Shown here: piece after piece, positions 34,768-48,883 of the stretch | Layout: every line of letters begins with the position of its first letter | Position numbering within the stretch: position 1 is the first letter of the stretch | Assembly: GCA_964016885.1 (NCBI GenBank) | Contig: CAXHJY010001117.1 | Location: 132,477 to 196,476 of the forward strand | DNA: 64,000 bases | Direction: 5' to 3' | DNA from: Eledone cirrhosa | Lineage: Eukaryota | Translations under genes and position numbers: made by a program | Notes under the pieces: model-generated | Seen by the model: the letters and a program-made list of their open reading frames with translations, nothing else | Told to the model about the DNA's origin: nothing | Database searches by the model: none

Positions 34768-35698
34768 ATATGCATGTGTGTGTGTCTGGGTGTGTGTGTG
34801 TGTCTGTATGCGTGTGTGTGTATGTGTGTCTGTGTGTGTGTGTGTATGTGTGTGTGAGTGAATATTTCCGTGTTAGAAGTAGTGAAATTAATGGCATTTT
34901 TTCTATCAGAGTTTATCCGTATAAACTTCCTCTGCTGATACAACAGTATAGCAATAGATGACACATAAAGACGGGTAGCTAAGTGGTGTAGCGTTAGAGA
35001 ATATTACGAAGTCTTGTAATATATAAAATCTACGATGCTTTATGAGAGACAGGAGGGAAATTTTGCCAAACCTGATTATAGTATTTGAAGTGAAATTGAG
35101 AAGAAAATAATAACAGTGAGAGAAAATAAAATAAATATTCGCTAAAGCGAATCTAAAATCTAAAAACTTTCCGGGGAGTGATGTTTCTTCTGCCATTTCA
35201 ATTTTTCATTCCGTTGAGGAGATAGAAAAGAAAATATAGCGGGAAATTAAGAAGAGGTGTTTGATTGTATGAGTCAATGGCCTTTTCCACTTATTCGTAC
35301 CATGTTAGAAAGCAAATATATTTGATAGGTCTGTGAGAATAATAGAGTAAGTGACTTGCAGTTAGAATAGGCTTGTTATATCACTGTGAATTACTATCAA
35401 GTGGTTTTGCGCTTATTTGAAAGGTAGAGAAATATATTTAAGAAAGACTTCACTGAAATTTGTTTACCGAAATGGTGTGGCTTATGTAATGTAGTTTATT
35501 GAACCCAATAAAGACGATACTACCAATGTTTGACTGAATATATCTTAGAATTCTCTCATATAGTCTTAGATGTCTCGTCTTAATAGAAATATAGAGAGGT
35601 TTGCCACACAGGGTCCTGTCCCGTATCCTTCTGGTAAAGATGTTGTGATGTAAAATTGGACACAGTATATTGGACACACACACACACACACACACACG

Positions 35699-35756
<58 letters not shown>

Positions 35757-35759
<3 letters not shown>

Positions 35760-35945
35760 GGAAATGTGGTAAGGAACCAGGTGGACCATAACGCACCAAA
35801 GTACTCAATACTTAGCGTAGTAGAGTGGGTAATAGGAACGAGTAGGACACCGACGGCTGAGCCCAAGCCGTTTCGACGGCTAATTCTGTCCAGAATTAGC
35901 CGTCGAAACGGCTTGATCTCCAGCCGTCGGGATCCTCACTCTTTT

Positions 35946-35949
<4 letters not shown>
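35757..35949 (-). mobile_element. Family-X element with inverted head
   Basis: Long minus arm 35757-35888 and short plus arm 35889-35949; (TA)n flanks. Confidence 0.8.
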
Positions 35950-36001
<52 letters not shown>

Positions 36002-36005
<4 letters not shown>

Positions 36006-36196
36006 AAAAGAGTCAGGACCCCGACGGCGGAGCTCCGGTCGTTTCAACTGCTAGATCCGAACTGTTCGGATCTAGCAGTTGAAACGACCGGAGCTCAGCC
36101 GTCGGGGTCCTGACTCGTTTCCTATTACCCACTCTACTACCCTAAGTATCGAGTACTCTGGTGTGTTATGGTCCACCTGGTTCCTTACCACACTTT

Positions 36197-36198
<2 letters not shown>
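36002..36198 (+). mobile_element. Family-X element (diverged subfamily) with inverted head
   Basis: Fold-back centre at about 36062; GAAA-CGACC ggagctc AGCCG-TC-GGGG; same tail 'cctattacccactctactacc...ggttccttacca'. Confidence 0.8.
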
Positions 36199-36257
<59 letters not shown>

Positions 36258-36469
36258 GTATATATATATACAAACACAATATGTATACAATAAGTACAAC
36301 ATTTATTCAGGAATGTGAGATATGTAATTTATAAGAGAGTACTCTGATGAAATAAAGTACCAGTAATGTACTGGGGTCGATTTAATCCACCTTCCTATCC
36401 CCCAAAATATCTGGCCCTGTATTTATTAGAAATCGATATTCTGCGAATTTTAAAATATTATAACATAAC

Positions 36470-36850
36470 ATATCATAATTTTATATAATATAATATAATA
36501 AAATATAATTTCATATAATATAATATAACATAATAAAATATAATTTTATATAATATAATATGATATAATAAATTATAATAAAATATAATATAATATAATA
36601 TAATAAAATATAATAAAATATAATATAATATAATATAATATAATAAAATATAATAAAATATAATATAATATAATATAATAAAATATAATATAATATAATA
36701 TAATAAAATATAATAAAATATAATATAATATAATATAATATAATAAAATATAATAAAATATAATATAATATAATATAATATAATAAAATATAATATAATA
36801 TAATATAATTCAACATGAAATATTATAATTTAATATAACATGATATAATA
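36470..36850. repeat. (TAATA/TAAAA)n pentamer satellite
   Basis: Direct inspection; a second tract lies at about 37250-37395. Confidence 0.95.
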
Positions 36851-36855
36851 TAATT

Positions 36856-37245
36856 ATTTCTGCTTTTGGCACAAGGTCAGCAATTATTCCAGTGTATTAC
36901 TGGTACTTTATTTTATCGACCCCGTAAGGATGAAAGGTAAAATTAACCTCGAAGGGATTTGAAACTCAGACCATAAAGGGTCGTAACACCCTGCTGCAAA
37001 GCGTGGCGTCCGACCCTCTACCAATACTGCCAATTCACCGCCAATATACTATAATATAATATAATAGTTTCTACTTTTGGCACACGCACAGCAATTACCA
37101 GTACATTACTGGTACAGTATTTTATTGACAGCGTAAGGATGAAAGCCAAAGTTAATCTAAGAGTGATATCAACTCAGATCATACAGGGAAGTACCTATGT
37201 TGGAAAGCTTGCCCGACCCTCTACCGAGACTGCCAATTCACCTCC
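36856..37245 (-). mobile_element. Two tandem octopus-type tRNA SINEs (36856-37043, 37066-37245)
   Basis: Both show GG[C/A]GGTGAATTGGCAG heads and 'ctttcatccttacg...gtaccagtaa...gtgccaaaag' bodies on the minus strand. Confidence 0.75.
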
Positions 37246-37587
37246 CTTTAATTTAATATAATGTAATATAATGAGATAAAATATAATTTAATATAATGTA
37301 ATATAATGAGATAAAATATAATATAATATACTGCAATATAATAAAATATAATATAATATAATAAATAATATAATATAATATAATATAATATAATACATAT
37401 TGACAAATATATTTCAGGGAGCGGGGATAAAATTATGTTCTCAAATATCGGCTGGTTGAACTGTAGAAATGTGTTTATTCCCTGCAGGAATGAAAAATGG
37501 AAATAACGTGTGTATGATGTTAAGATGCTTTATCAAAGGAGGAATTACGGGAGAGAATTACAGAAACATACATACGTACACACACAC

Positions 37588-37637
<50 letters not shown>

Positions 37638-37768
37638 TATATATATATATATATATCTTATATATATATCTTATATATATATATATAATATATATATCTT
37701 ATATATATATCTTATATATATATCTTATATATATATCTTATATATATATATATATCTTATATATATAT

Positions 37769-37801
<33 letters not shown>

Positions 37802-38008
37802 TTATATATATACATATATACTTATATATATACATATATACTTATATATATACATATATACTTATATATATACATATATACTTATACATATATATACTTA
37901 TACATATATATATATATATATACTTATACATATTTATGTATATGTATATATATGTATATGCATAGAATTATATATGTATATATATATATATGTATGGGGA
38001 TATATGTG

Positions 38009-38077
<69 letters not shown>

Positions 38078-38221
38078 GATATATATATATATATATATAT
38101 ATATACAGGATATATATATATATATATATATATATACAGGATATATATATATATATATATATACAGGATATATATATATATATATATATACAGGATATAT
38201 ATATATATATATATATATACA

Positions 38222-38297
<76 letters not shown>

Positions 38298-38438
38298 TGA
38301 GTGTATATTAGTTTATTTGTCTTTCATCTCGATATAAATTAGAATTTCTTTTGTGGTTTACTAAGAATAGTTGATTCCATTCGAAAATTCTCATTATTCC
38401 GTTTGGAAACACAAGCTAAAAATATTGATACAAACTTG

Positions 38439-38482
<44 letters not shown>

Positions 38483-38885
38483 TTATGTATATAGGCGTGT
38501 GTGTATCTATGTGTATGTATATATATATATATATAAATATATATGTTCGTATATATGTATGTATATGTTTATGTATGTATGTATATATATATATACAGTA
38601 TATATATATATAAATATATAAATATATATATATATATATATACACAAATATATGTATGTATATATAAATATGTGTTGGTGGTGTGGTGTTGACTGTGGAG
38701 TAGGGGAGTGAGTGGCGGGGTGGTGTGTGGCGGGGTAGGGTAGTGGTGTTGCTTATAATGCTGTTGATGTTGGTGGCGGTTATGGTGCGACTTGTGGACT
38801 TTAATTATTATTCTTGCTAACGGCTCAACCCATATGTCTCCCTCTCTCTCACAGCATATATACATATATAAACATGGCTACAAGC

Positions 38886-39060
<175 letters not shown>

Positions 39061-39069
39061 TATGTATAA

Positions 39070-39104
<35 letters not shown>

Positions 39105-39239
39105 TATATGTATAAATATATATATATATATATGTATAAATATATATATATATGTATAAATATATATATATATATATATATGTATAAATATATATATATA
39201 TATATGTATAAATATATATATATATATATATATGTATAA

Positions 39240-39311
<72 letters not shown>

Positions 39312-39367
39312 GTTTATATATATATACATGTATATATATATATACATATGTTTATATACATACATAT

Positions 39368-39407
<40 letters not shown>

Positions 39408-39483
39408 ATATGTATATATATATATATATTCATATGTATAAATATATATATATACATGTATGTATATATAAATATGCATATAT

Positions 39484-39519
<36 letters not shown>

Positions 39520-39673
39520 GCAGAGAACAAAACAAAAACAAGGAGTGCAGTTAGGTATTAGGTTAACGCTTGAGAGTGGCGTGTATCTCTCTCTCTCTAA
39601 TATATATTTGTGTATAAATATATATTTGTGTATATATATATATGTATATATATATACACAAATATATATTTAT

Positions 39674-39714
<41 letters not shown>

Positions 39715-40423
39715 CATACGTAGATACATACATATGTACATACACATACATACAATGACTTTTTAGACATCTCTTTCCTTAGCATGTGTTGCAATATACA
39801 TAAATACATATTAGAATTTCAATATTATATAAATATAATCCAAGGAATGATATAATATACAGCATAATCCATTCTCTAAGTAGGACGTGTGTTGTTATAT
39901 ATTTCTGAATATCTCATTATATTGGCTTTTACAATTACAGCGTAATTAAATATTTATTATGTTAAAAGGAATTACACTCGTATCTAACGCAAACAATAAT
40001 TTTCGTTGTTGTCTTCTGTCACTATTGTTCGACAGGGTTTAACGATTGATGTTTGAATGAATTTTCATTAAATAATTCCACAAATATATTCTTTTAAATG
40101 AATTGTTGCTTCATATTGAAGTAGCATGTGGAGTGGCTTGGCTGTGGTGGTGGTGTTGGTGTGTATATAATTGTGTGTAGACGTGGGTTGTGTGGAGAGA
40201 TGGATCATTAGAAAATGCTGTGGAATTAAGAACGTGGTTCTGGTTATGGCTGAGGTGGTGGGGTGGTGGAAGTGATTATGAAAGATGTCGTGTGTATGGT
40301 TTGTGTGTTGTATTGTGTGGTGGGGTGTGGTGTATGTGGTGAGGTTTAGTTCGTTGATGTGGAAATTATGCCAATTAAAATATGACACTTAAATAATGAT
40401 GTGATATATATATACATATATAT

Positions 40424-40515
<92 letters not shown>

Positions 40516-40959
40516 GTATGTGCGTATATGTATGTATGTATACGGTAAACAGGAATAACAAAACAAATGGTAAAGTTTGTGGGAATATATATATATTTAC
40601 ACACATTCATGCAGCATATGTATGAATGTGTTATTGTATATATGTTTATATATATATATATATACATATGTGTATATATATATAGCGATCTATATTGTGG
40701 ATACACCATGTGGGTTATATATTTACACTCAGCCTCAGCGTTATGTCCAGGTCAGTAAAACATCTTTTCCTGGGTCCTGTATTTTCGTTGCTCTGGTAAT
40801 GCCGTCGGACTGCCGACTGCTATATCTAATTTGCTAAGCTGTCTGAACGTAATGTTATTATTCTGGGGACTTACCTCATCTGAGTGCTAAAGCTACAAAC
40901 CGAATAAGCATACACGCTAGCTTGGCCGTATACTGGAGCTTCGTCTATGCTGTACTAAA

Positions 40960-41001
<42 letters not shown>

Positions 41002-41311
41002 TATTATCCTTCCATTATCCAACTTTTAGATAAATGTGTAACTCTCCTCTAAATGAAGAGAGAAAAAGTGATACTATGGAGGTTAGTTATACTACCCCTG
41101 GAAACAATATAACAAAAGCAACAACGCCGAGGACATAAAACGCTAAGAAAACACAAATTGAAACATACGGTGCCTGGCTGTAACTTTCATAGTCTGACAA
41201 AGATACTCTCATGGAATGAGACCGAATATGCATACACGCTAGCTTGGCCGTATACTAGTGCTTCGTCTATGCTGTACTAACATTTATACATATATATATA
41301 TATATATATAT

Positions 41312-41350
<39 letters not shown>

Positions 41351-41449
41351 CTATATATATATATATGGAACACCCAAATGATTTAGAATCGAACTTAGGT
41401 GCAATACTATTAAGAAAGGCATGAACGACACCACAACACTTTGTTTTGA

Positions 41450-41765
41450 AAATTTTGAAAGTAGGTTTATAAGTATGAATTTTCATAAGATTCTCGTAGT
41501 CGTCTCTGTGGCCCAGTGGTAGATACTAGAGACGGTGGTGGTCCTAGTCTTGGGTTCAATCCTGGTCAAATGGCAGATGTAACCTTTTTCAGTTTTTATT
41601 TTATAACCAATAGAAAAAAAAACTGAGAAGGTTTACTGAGAACCCTACTCCCGACCAGAATCGAACTTCAGACCAGGATCACCACTGTCTATGATTCTCC
41701 CACTAGGCCACCGAGCCAGATACAAAACTGCAATGAAAATTGATAATTTTAAACCTACTTTAAAA
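41450..41765. mobile_element. Diverged fold-back of two tRNA-like (pol III A/B box) heads
   Basis: Plus strand TGGCCCAGTGG...GGTTCAATCC (about 41508-41562); minus strand TGGCCTAGTGG...AGTTCGATTC (about 41711-41659). The flanks are also inverted (aaagtaggttta / taaacctacttt). Confidence 0.55.
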
Positions 41766-42270
41766 AGAGCTATTGGTAATATTTAGGGTCGACTTCTGGT
41801 CATTATTGAAAGTCTCTGGTTTTCGCAAAATACATAATATTTTTTATTGGAGATATTTTTTCACAAAAATGTTATTTATTCATTATAAAAATTAAATGAT
41901 CGCATTCTATATGTAGGTGGGCCCCCTTCATCTCCTGGCAGCCAATATTTCTAGACCCTGTCCGCCACTGCCTAGTAGGGCTATCTTTTGTATGTCGTAT
42001 ATATTTCTAAGTCCTAGCGTACACTATACAAAATATATACAGTCCCTAGCTCTGCTATCCTTTGTATGCTGTATATATTTGTAAGTTCTATGGATTTTCA
42101 AATTGGATTTTTACCCCGAAACTGGATATCAACCCGGAGTATACTGAACTTCCACCAGGAAATCTCTCGTATCACGGACATTTCCTTTATTCTATATAAT
42201 ATAGTTTAGGTAATTCGGAAGGAAAAGCAAAGGAAAAAGAGTGCTCTATGTATAGAACAGAGCTATTTAA

Positions 42271-42370
42271 TTAGAAAGTGAACAACACAATATATAATTG
42301 ATGACCGATCCAGACTGTGAACCAGAAACCTTTGGTAATGGAGTAGCTCTATTTTGTGTTGTTCACTTTC

Positions 42371-42373
<3 letters not shown>
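42271..42373 (+). mobile_element. Short element with a 20-bp terminal inverted repeat enclosing a decayed hammerhead-like motif
   Basis: ttagaaagtgaacaacacaa / ttgtgttgttcactttctaa; internal TTGATGA...GAAA-CC ttt GG-TA; followed by (TA)n. Confidence 0.45.
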
Positions 42374-42410
<37 letters not shown>

Positions 42411-42619
42411 AGTAGTGCTATCTTTTATATGCTGTATACATTTGTAGGCCCTGGGGTTCACTATATAATAAATATACAGTACCTAGAGGTGCTATATTTG
42501 TAAGTCCTGGGGTTTTGTCTATGTATTTTGTGGTTTCTTTATTATCAATCCTAGAGCACCTATTTGTTCAGGTATTGTTTCATATTGTTATATTAATTAT
42601 ACATATTATTCAAATAATT

Positions 42620-42985
42620 CGTCTTAATCTCATTCATTCTCAGCCCCACACTCATCGACACAGTCGCATCAAATCCTCTGCCCCCTTCACTGTGTTTGTC
42701 ACCAGAACTATGTCGTCGGCAAATTCTGCATCCGATATGTTTTTCGACTTAACTCTCCTGTTCTGAGCCGGTGTTACAGTAAAGCCAGAGTCCTGGCGTT
42801 TCTCCAGCGCAAGGCGCATGCAATAGTCCACTGAGGAAGACCGAAGTTAACGTATGTTGATGCCCTAAGGACAGACACTGGTCTCTTCGAGTCGCAAGAG
42901 ATGGCAGCGATAGTGATGGACAGAGACCGCTGGAGAGAACTCGTCCACGGATCTCGTGAATGTGACCCGCCCTAGATGTAGATTA
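42620..42985. mobile_element. RTE-like LINE fragment with 5' inversion
   Basis: Minus 42831-42620 reads VDYCMRLA...ISDAEFADDIVLV (RT core). Plus 42835-42975 reads GRPKLTYVDALRTDTG...MDRDRWRELV...* (RTE C-terminus). Confidence 0.75.
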
Positions 42986-43394
42986 TTTTGAATTATTATA
43001 TTATATTATACTTTCTATTACTGTTTTCGTAAATATTGCTGTTATTGTTATTGCTGTTTTAGTTGTTTTATTATTGTTGTTGTGGTTGTTGTTGGCGTTT
43101 CTGTTGTGGTTATAACCCAATTTAAGTTCCACTGAGTAATATTGATTTAAGACTTATCATTCTTCTTTCAGATAAAGCAGAGTCAGCTGAAATGTTTTCC
43201 TTTTTCTTTTTCTGCCTGGAGAAGATGGGATGATGGGAAGATGGTGGAAGTTGTAACGTCTTTTAATGAATAACAGACAGCGTTGCTATATGTAGACTTG
43301 TCAAAAAACATATATATGTATGTATATATATATATATATGTATGTATATATATATATACATATATATGTATGTGTGTGTGTAAAGATATATATG

Positions 43395-43427
<33 letters not shown>

Positions 43428-43595
43428 TGTATACATATATGCATATATTGTAATATATATCTATATATATAATATATATAATTATATATGTATATATATA
43501 TATAAATATACATATATATTTGTCTATACACATATGTATATATCTGTAGGTATATCTATATATATACATACATACAGACATATATATATATATAT

Positions 43596-44092
43596 GGTAT
43601 CTATACATTATATATATATATATATATATGGTATCTATACATTATATATATATATATATATATGGTATCTATACATTATAAATATATATATATATGGTAT
43701 CTATACATTATAAATATATATATATATGGTATCTATACATTATATATATATATATATATGGTATCTATACATTATATATATATATATATATGGTATCTAT
43801 ACATTATATATATATATATATATATGGTATCTATACATTATATATATATATATATATATGGTATCTATACATTATATATATATATATATATATATGGTAT
43901 CTATACATTATATATATATATATATATATATATGGTATCTATACATTATATATATATATATATATATATATGGTATCTATACATTATATATATATATATA
44001 TATATATATGGTATCTATACATTATATATATATATATATATATATATGGTATCTATACATTATATATATATATATATATATGGTATCTATAC

Positions 44093-44100
<8 letters not shown>
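43596..44100. repeat. Minisatellite GGTATCTATACAT + variable (TA)n, about 15 copies
   Basis: Direct inspection. Confidence 0.95.
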
Positions 44101-44130
<30 letters not shown>

Positions 44131-44481
44131 TATATATAAATATATATATATATATATGCATATATATATATACATATATGCATATATATATATATATACA
44201 TATGCAGTAGAAATATGTTAGAAAGGTGACTGAACATATGTCATTGTTAATCAATGTATGTCTGCATCTTGTCTTATCTCAAATGCAGCTTTAATTCGCC
44301 GGGGTGTATAGTGTGTATATAATATAAATGTATATATATATATATATATATCTATATATGTGTATATATGTGCGTGAATTTCTGCATGTGCATATGTGTG
44401 TTTGTATATATGTACACATGTATCCATCTATATATGTATGAATGAATGTATGTATGTATATATATATACACACACACACGC

Positions 44482-44516
<35 letters not shown>

Positions 44517-44527
44517 TATATACATAC

Positions 44528-44559
<32 letters not shown>

Positions 44560-44730
44560 GTAGCTTTCCATGTTAAAAGTTTCGAAGATTTTGAACTGAC
44601 AGTTTTTGCTGCCATAATTAACAAAAATTCGTGAGTACATATGGAAAAGTTGAGAAGCATAAGATAGAACTCAGACAAAAGAAAGTACATCAGTAATGCA
44701 CTTCGAAAATCTTAGAAAGTAGTCGATCTC

Positions 44731-44789
<59 letters not shown>

Positions 44790-44946
44790 TTTACGTATCG
44801 AGAAAGAGGAAAAAAAGGGGGGATAGGTGATACATATAGTTATTTGCCAAGTAGCGTATGCCAAAGGTGCTCGATACTAGTGCCGGCAGTATTGAATATT
44901 CGAAGTGTTAATATTTAGTGGGCTAGAGAGTTAGCAGAGCGTAAGC

Positions 44947-45060
44947 ACGTGGGAAAGTACAAAAAATCAGAGAAGCCCAACTGGGCGAAACGTACGTAGG
45001 TGCTGTTTTAAATAAACATGTTTTAACAGTCTATTCTCCAATTTTTTACTTTCCCACGTA
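44947..45060 (+). mobile_element. Short element with terminal inverted repeat and the 3' part of a hammerhead
   Basis: acgtgggaaagta / tactttcccacgt; GCCC aact GGGC-GAAA-CGTACG-TA-GGTG at 44975-45002 (palindromic stem III); AATAAA; (TA)n. Confidence 0.6.
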
Positions 45061-45417
45061 TATATATATATATATATGTAGAGATATTAATATTAGGTTG
45101 TGACATACATTCCCACCGTTGTTACAACACGTCCTATTAAGAGAAACGGCGGGAACCTATGTTACAAGCCAATATATACAGAGTGACATATACTCCTTAT
45201 CATATATATGGATTCTAGAAGTACGCAAGCGAAACCACCCGCGTGTCTTCGTTATAATGTATAGGTCGGCATCGTAAATATACGTATACATATATACATA
45301 CATATACATATACATATACACATACATATATATATATACACATACATATATATATACATATACATATACATACATACATATATGTTTATATACATATATA
45401 TATATATATATTTATAA

Positions 45418-45454
<37 letters not shown>

Positions 45455-45481
45455 TATGTCGTAAATATACGTGGGCATACG

Positions 45482-45512
<31 letters not shown>

Positions 45513-45548
45513 ATACATATATATGTCGTAAATATATGTGGGCATACG

Positions 45549-45591
<43 letters not shown>

Positions 45592-46204
45592 ATATATCTA
45601 AATGATTATTACATATGTATGTTATATATATATATAACATATTACATATGTATGTTATATATATATATAAATGTTATACGTATTTCGAATACGTCAGGGT
45701 GTTGCACGTCGGACATGCTCCTCCATAGACATCTTGAGACTATAAGCTCAACCAACTTTAATTAATTGAATAATATATATGTATTCATGCATTCATATTC
45801 TATTTTCCACAGCCGGTAACAAAATAATCCAAAATAACAATGTATAAATATATTTTCGATTTATAACTGCTGACAGATTGTATAAGGATTAGCACAGACA
45901 GCACAATTTTGCTCCAGGGTGGCCGTGAGCGACGTTGCCTGAACCACTATGAAAAATATCTCAATTATAAATATATAAACATGTTTGTTAGCTTTTAATG
46001 CTGACAGATTACATCTAGAATAACTGAGAGGGCGCCACTTTATTTTAACATTTGCTCCAAAATATCTGCAGGCAATTTTCAAAGACCTTGTAAAAATATT
46101 AAAATTATATAGATTGTTGCTAGCTGTAACGATTGACAGATTGTATATAGAGTAAAAGAGAGAGGGAGAGAGAGGACACCACTGTAATTTTACTTTGTAT
46201 AAGG

Positions 46205-46520
46205 TTTTTATAACGTATAAATATATTTTTTATAACGTATAAATATACTTTTTATAACGTATAAATATACTTTTTATAACGTATAAATATACTTTTTATA
46301 ACGTATAAATATACTTGTTATAATATATAAATATATTTTTTATAATATATAAATATATTTTTTATAATATATAAATATATTTTTTATAATCTATAAATAT
46401 ATATTTTTATAATGTATATATATATTTTTTATAATGTATAAATATATTTTTTATAATGTATAAATATATTTTTTGAAATGTATAAATATATTTTTAATAA
46501 TGTATAAATATATTTTTTTA
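46205..46520. repeat. About 21-22-bp AT-rich minisatellite (tttttataacgtataaatata)
   Basis: Direct inspection. Confidence 0.9.
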
Positions 46521-47772
46521 GTGCAGTCGTCCCTAAATTTCAACATCAGACAAAGTGTTGCTCCAGTATGGACACATGGTTATAGACAGAACCAGTAAAG
46601 CAAAACAAATATTAGAAACATATAAAGATGTTTGTTGGCTGTAACTACTGAGACGATGTATCTGGAATGCCAGAGGCGATATTATGTGAATATTTATTCA
46701 AGAATTCTAACGCCTTATTTACACTCCAGTTCATATGCGTTATTTTCATGTGTTTATCTTCCATTGCCGGGTGATTGTGTTGGAATTAAAAAACAACAAA
46801 CCTTTTGACATAAAACGTAATGTTGAACTACAATATTGTCTAATATTATTCTTGACAGCGTCGGTAGAGCGACGGACGACATACCTTGCGGCTGCATACG
46901 ATATACTGTTACGCATTTTTACATTCTGAGATCAAAATTCAAAACCTTCTACCCTTGAAATTGTTGGATTTGCACCTACATCACTGAATCTTTTAAATAT
47001 ATATATATATATATACATACATATATATATACATACATACATATATATATATATATACATACATATATATATATATACACATACATATATATATATATAC
47101 ACATACATATATATATATATACACATACATATATATATATATACATACATATATATATATATACATACATATATATATATATACATACATATATATATAT
47201 ATACATACATACATACATATATACATACATACATACATATATATATATACATACATATATATATATACATACATATATATATATACATACATATATATAT
47301 ATACATACATACATATATATATATACATATATATATATACATACATACATATATATATATACATACATACATATACATACATACATATATATATATACAT
47401 ACATATATATATATACATACATATATATATATATACATACATATATATATATATACATACATATATATATATATACATACATACATACATATATACATAC
47501 ATACATACATATATATATATACATACATATATATACATATATATATATATACATATATATATACATACATATATATATACATATATATATACATACATAT
47601 ATATATATATATACATACATATATATATACATACATATATATATACATACATATATATACATATATATATATATACATATATATATATACATACATATAT
47701 ATATATATATACATACATACATATATACATACATACATATATATATATATATACATACATATATATATATAC

Positions 47773-47819
<47 letters not shown>

Positions 47820-47856
47820 CATATATATATATACATATATATACATATATATATAT

Positions 47857-47887
<31 letters not shown>

Positions 47888-47912
47888 CATATATATACAT
47901 ATATATATATAC

Positions 47913-47959
<47 letters not shown>

Positions 47960-47972
47960 CATATATATATAT

Positions 47973-48003
<31 letters not shown>

Positions 48004-48200
48004 CATACATATATATACATATATATATATATATACATACTGGAATAAATGCTCTGAAATAGCGATATATATGTGAATATAGACACAGAATATTCGAAAA
48101 TATTCTGTATGTTTATAATAAACATTTTGAAGACCTAATCGCTATAGAATAGAATACGTCACGTATTACAATTAGATTCTCGATAAAAGCAAGGGAAGTA

Positions 48201-48239
48201 AGTCTACGCGTTTCATTCTTGTTAGAATTCATCAGGACT
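48201..48239 (-). ncRNA. The same hammerhead on the minus strand (second copy 48512-48550)
   Basis: Exact reverse complement of 48845-48883. Confidence 0.9.
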
Positions 48240-48844
48240 ACATATCCAGTGCTTTTATCGAGAATGACACAGCTAGAGACTTATAGAATACTTAGCTGTG
48301 TACAGGAACTGGTTTGAAAGAGCGGTTGCCGGTCCGGCAGAAATTAGAAATTGGAATAAATGCTCTGAAATAGCGATATATATGTGAATATAGACACAGA
48401 ATATTCGAAAATATTCTGTATGTTTATAATAAACATTTTGAAGACCTAATCGCTATAGAATAGAATACGTCACGTATTACAATTAGATTCTCGATAAAAG
48501 CAAGGGAAGTAAGTCTACGCGTTTCATTCTTGTTAGAATTCATCAGGACTACATATCCAGTGCTTTTATCGAGAATGACACAGCTAGAGACTTATAGAAT
48601 ACTTAGCTGTGTACAGGAACTGGTTTGAAAGAGCGGTTGCCGGTCCGGCAGAAATTAGAAATTGGAATAAATGCTCTGAAATAGCGATATATATGTGAAT
48701 ATAGACACAGAATATTCGAAAATATTCTGTATGTTTATAATAAACATTTTGCCGGCAACCGCTCTTTCAAACCAGTTCCTGTACACAGCTAAGTATTCTA
48801 TAAGTCTCTAGCTGTGTCATTCTCGATAAAAGCACTGGATATGT

Positions 48845-48883
48845 AGTCCTGATGAATTCTAACAAGAATGAAACGCGTAGACT
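48845..48883 (+). ncRNA. Minimal type-I hammerhead ribozyme (first of 8 plus copies; others at +311 steps to 51022-51060)
   Basis: AGTC-CTGATGA-ATTC taacaa GAAT-GAAA-CGCG-TA|GACT. Complete core, stem I AGTC/GACT, stem II ATTC/GAAT, palindromic stem III ACGCGT; predicted cleavage after GUA at 48879. Confidence 0.92.

Noticed and set aside
40900-41285. About 65-bp direct repeat pair with CTGACAA...GAAT-ATGCAT-AC as a hammerhead
   Set aside because: The core deviates at several positions and stem I is unconvincing.
43596-44100. CRISPR-like repeat-spacer look (GGTATCTATACAT + variable spacers); also 38075-38260
   Set aside because: The spacers are only (TA)n of varying length, the context is eukaryotic, and there are no cas genes.
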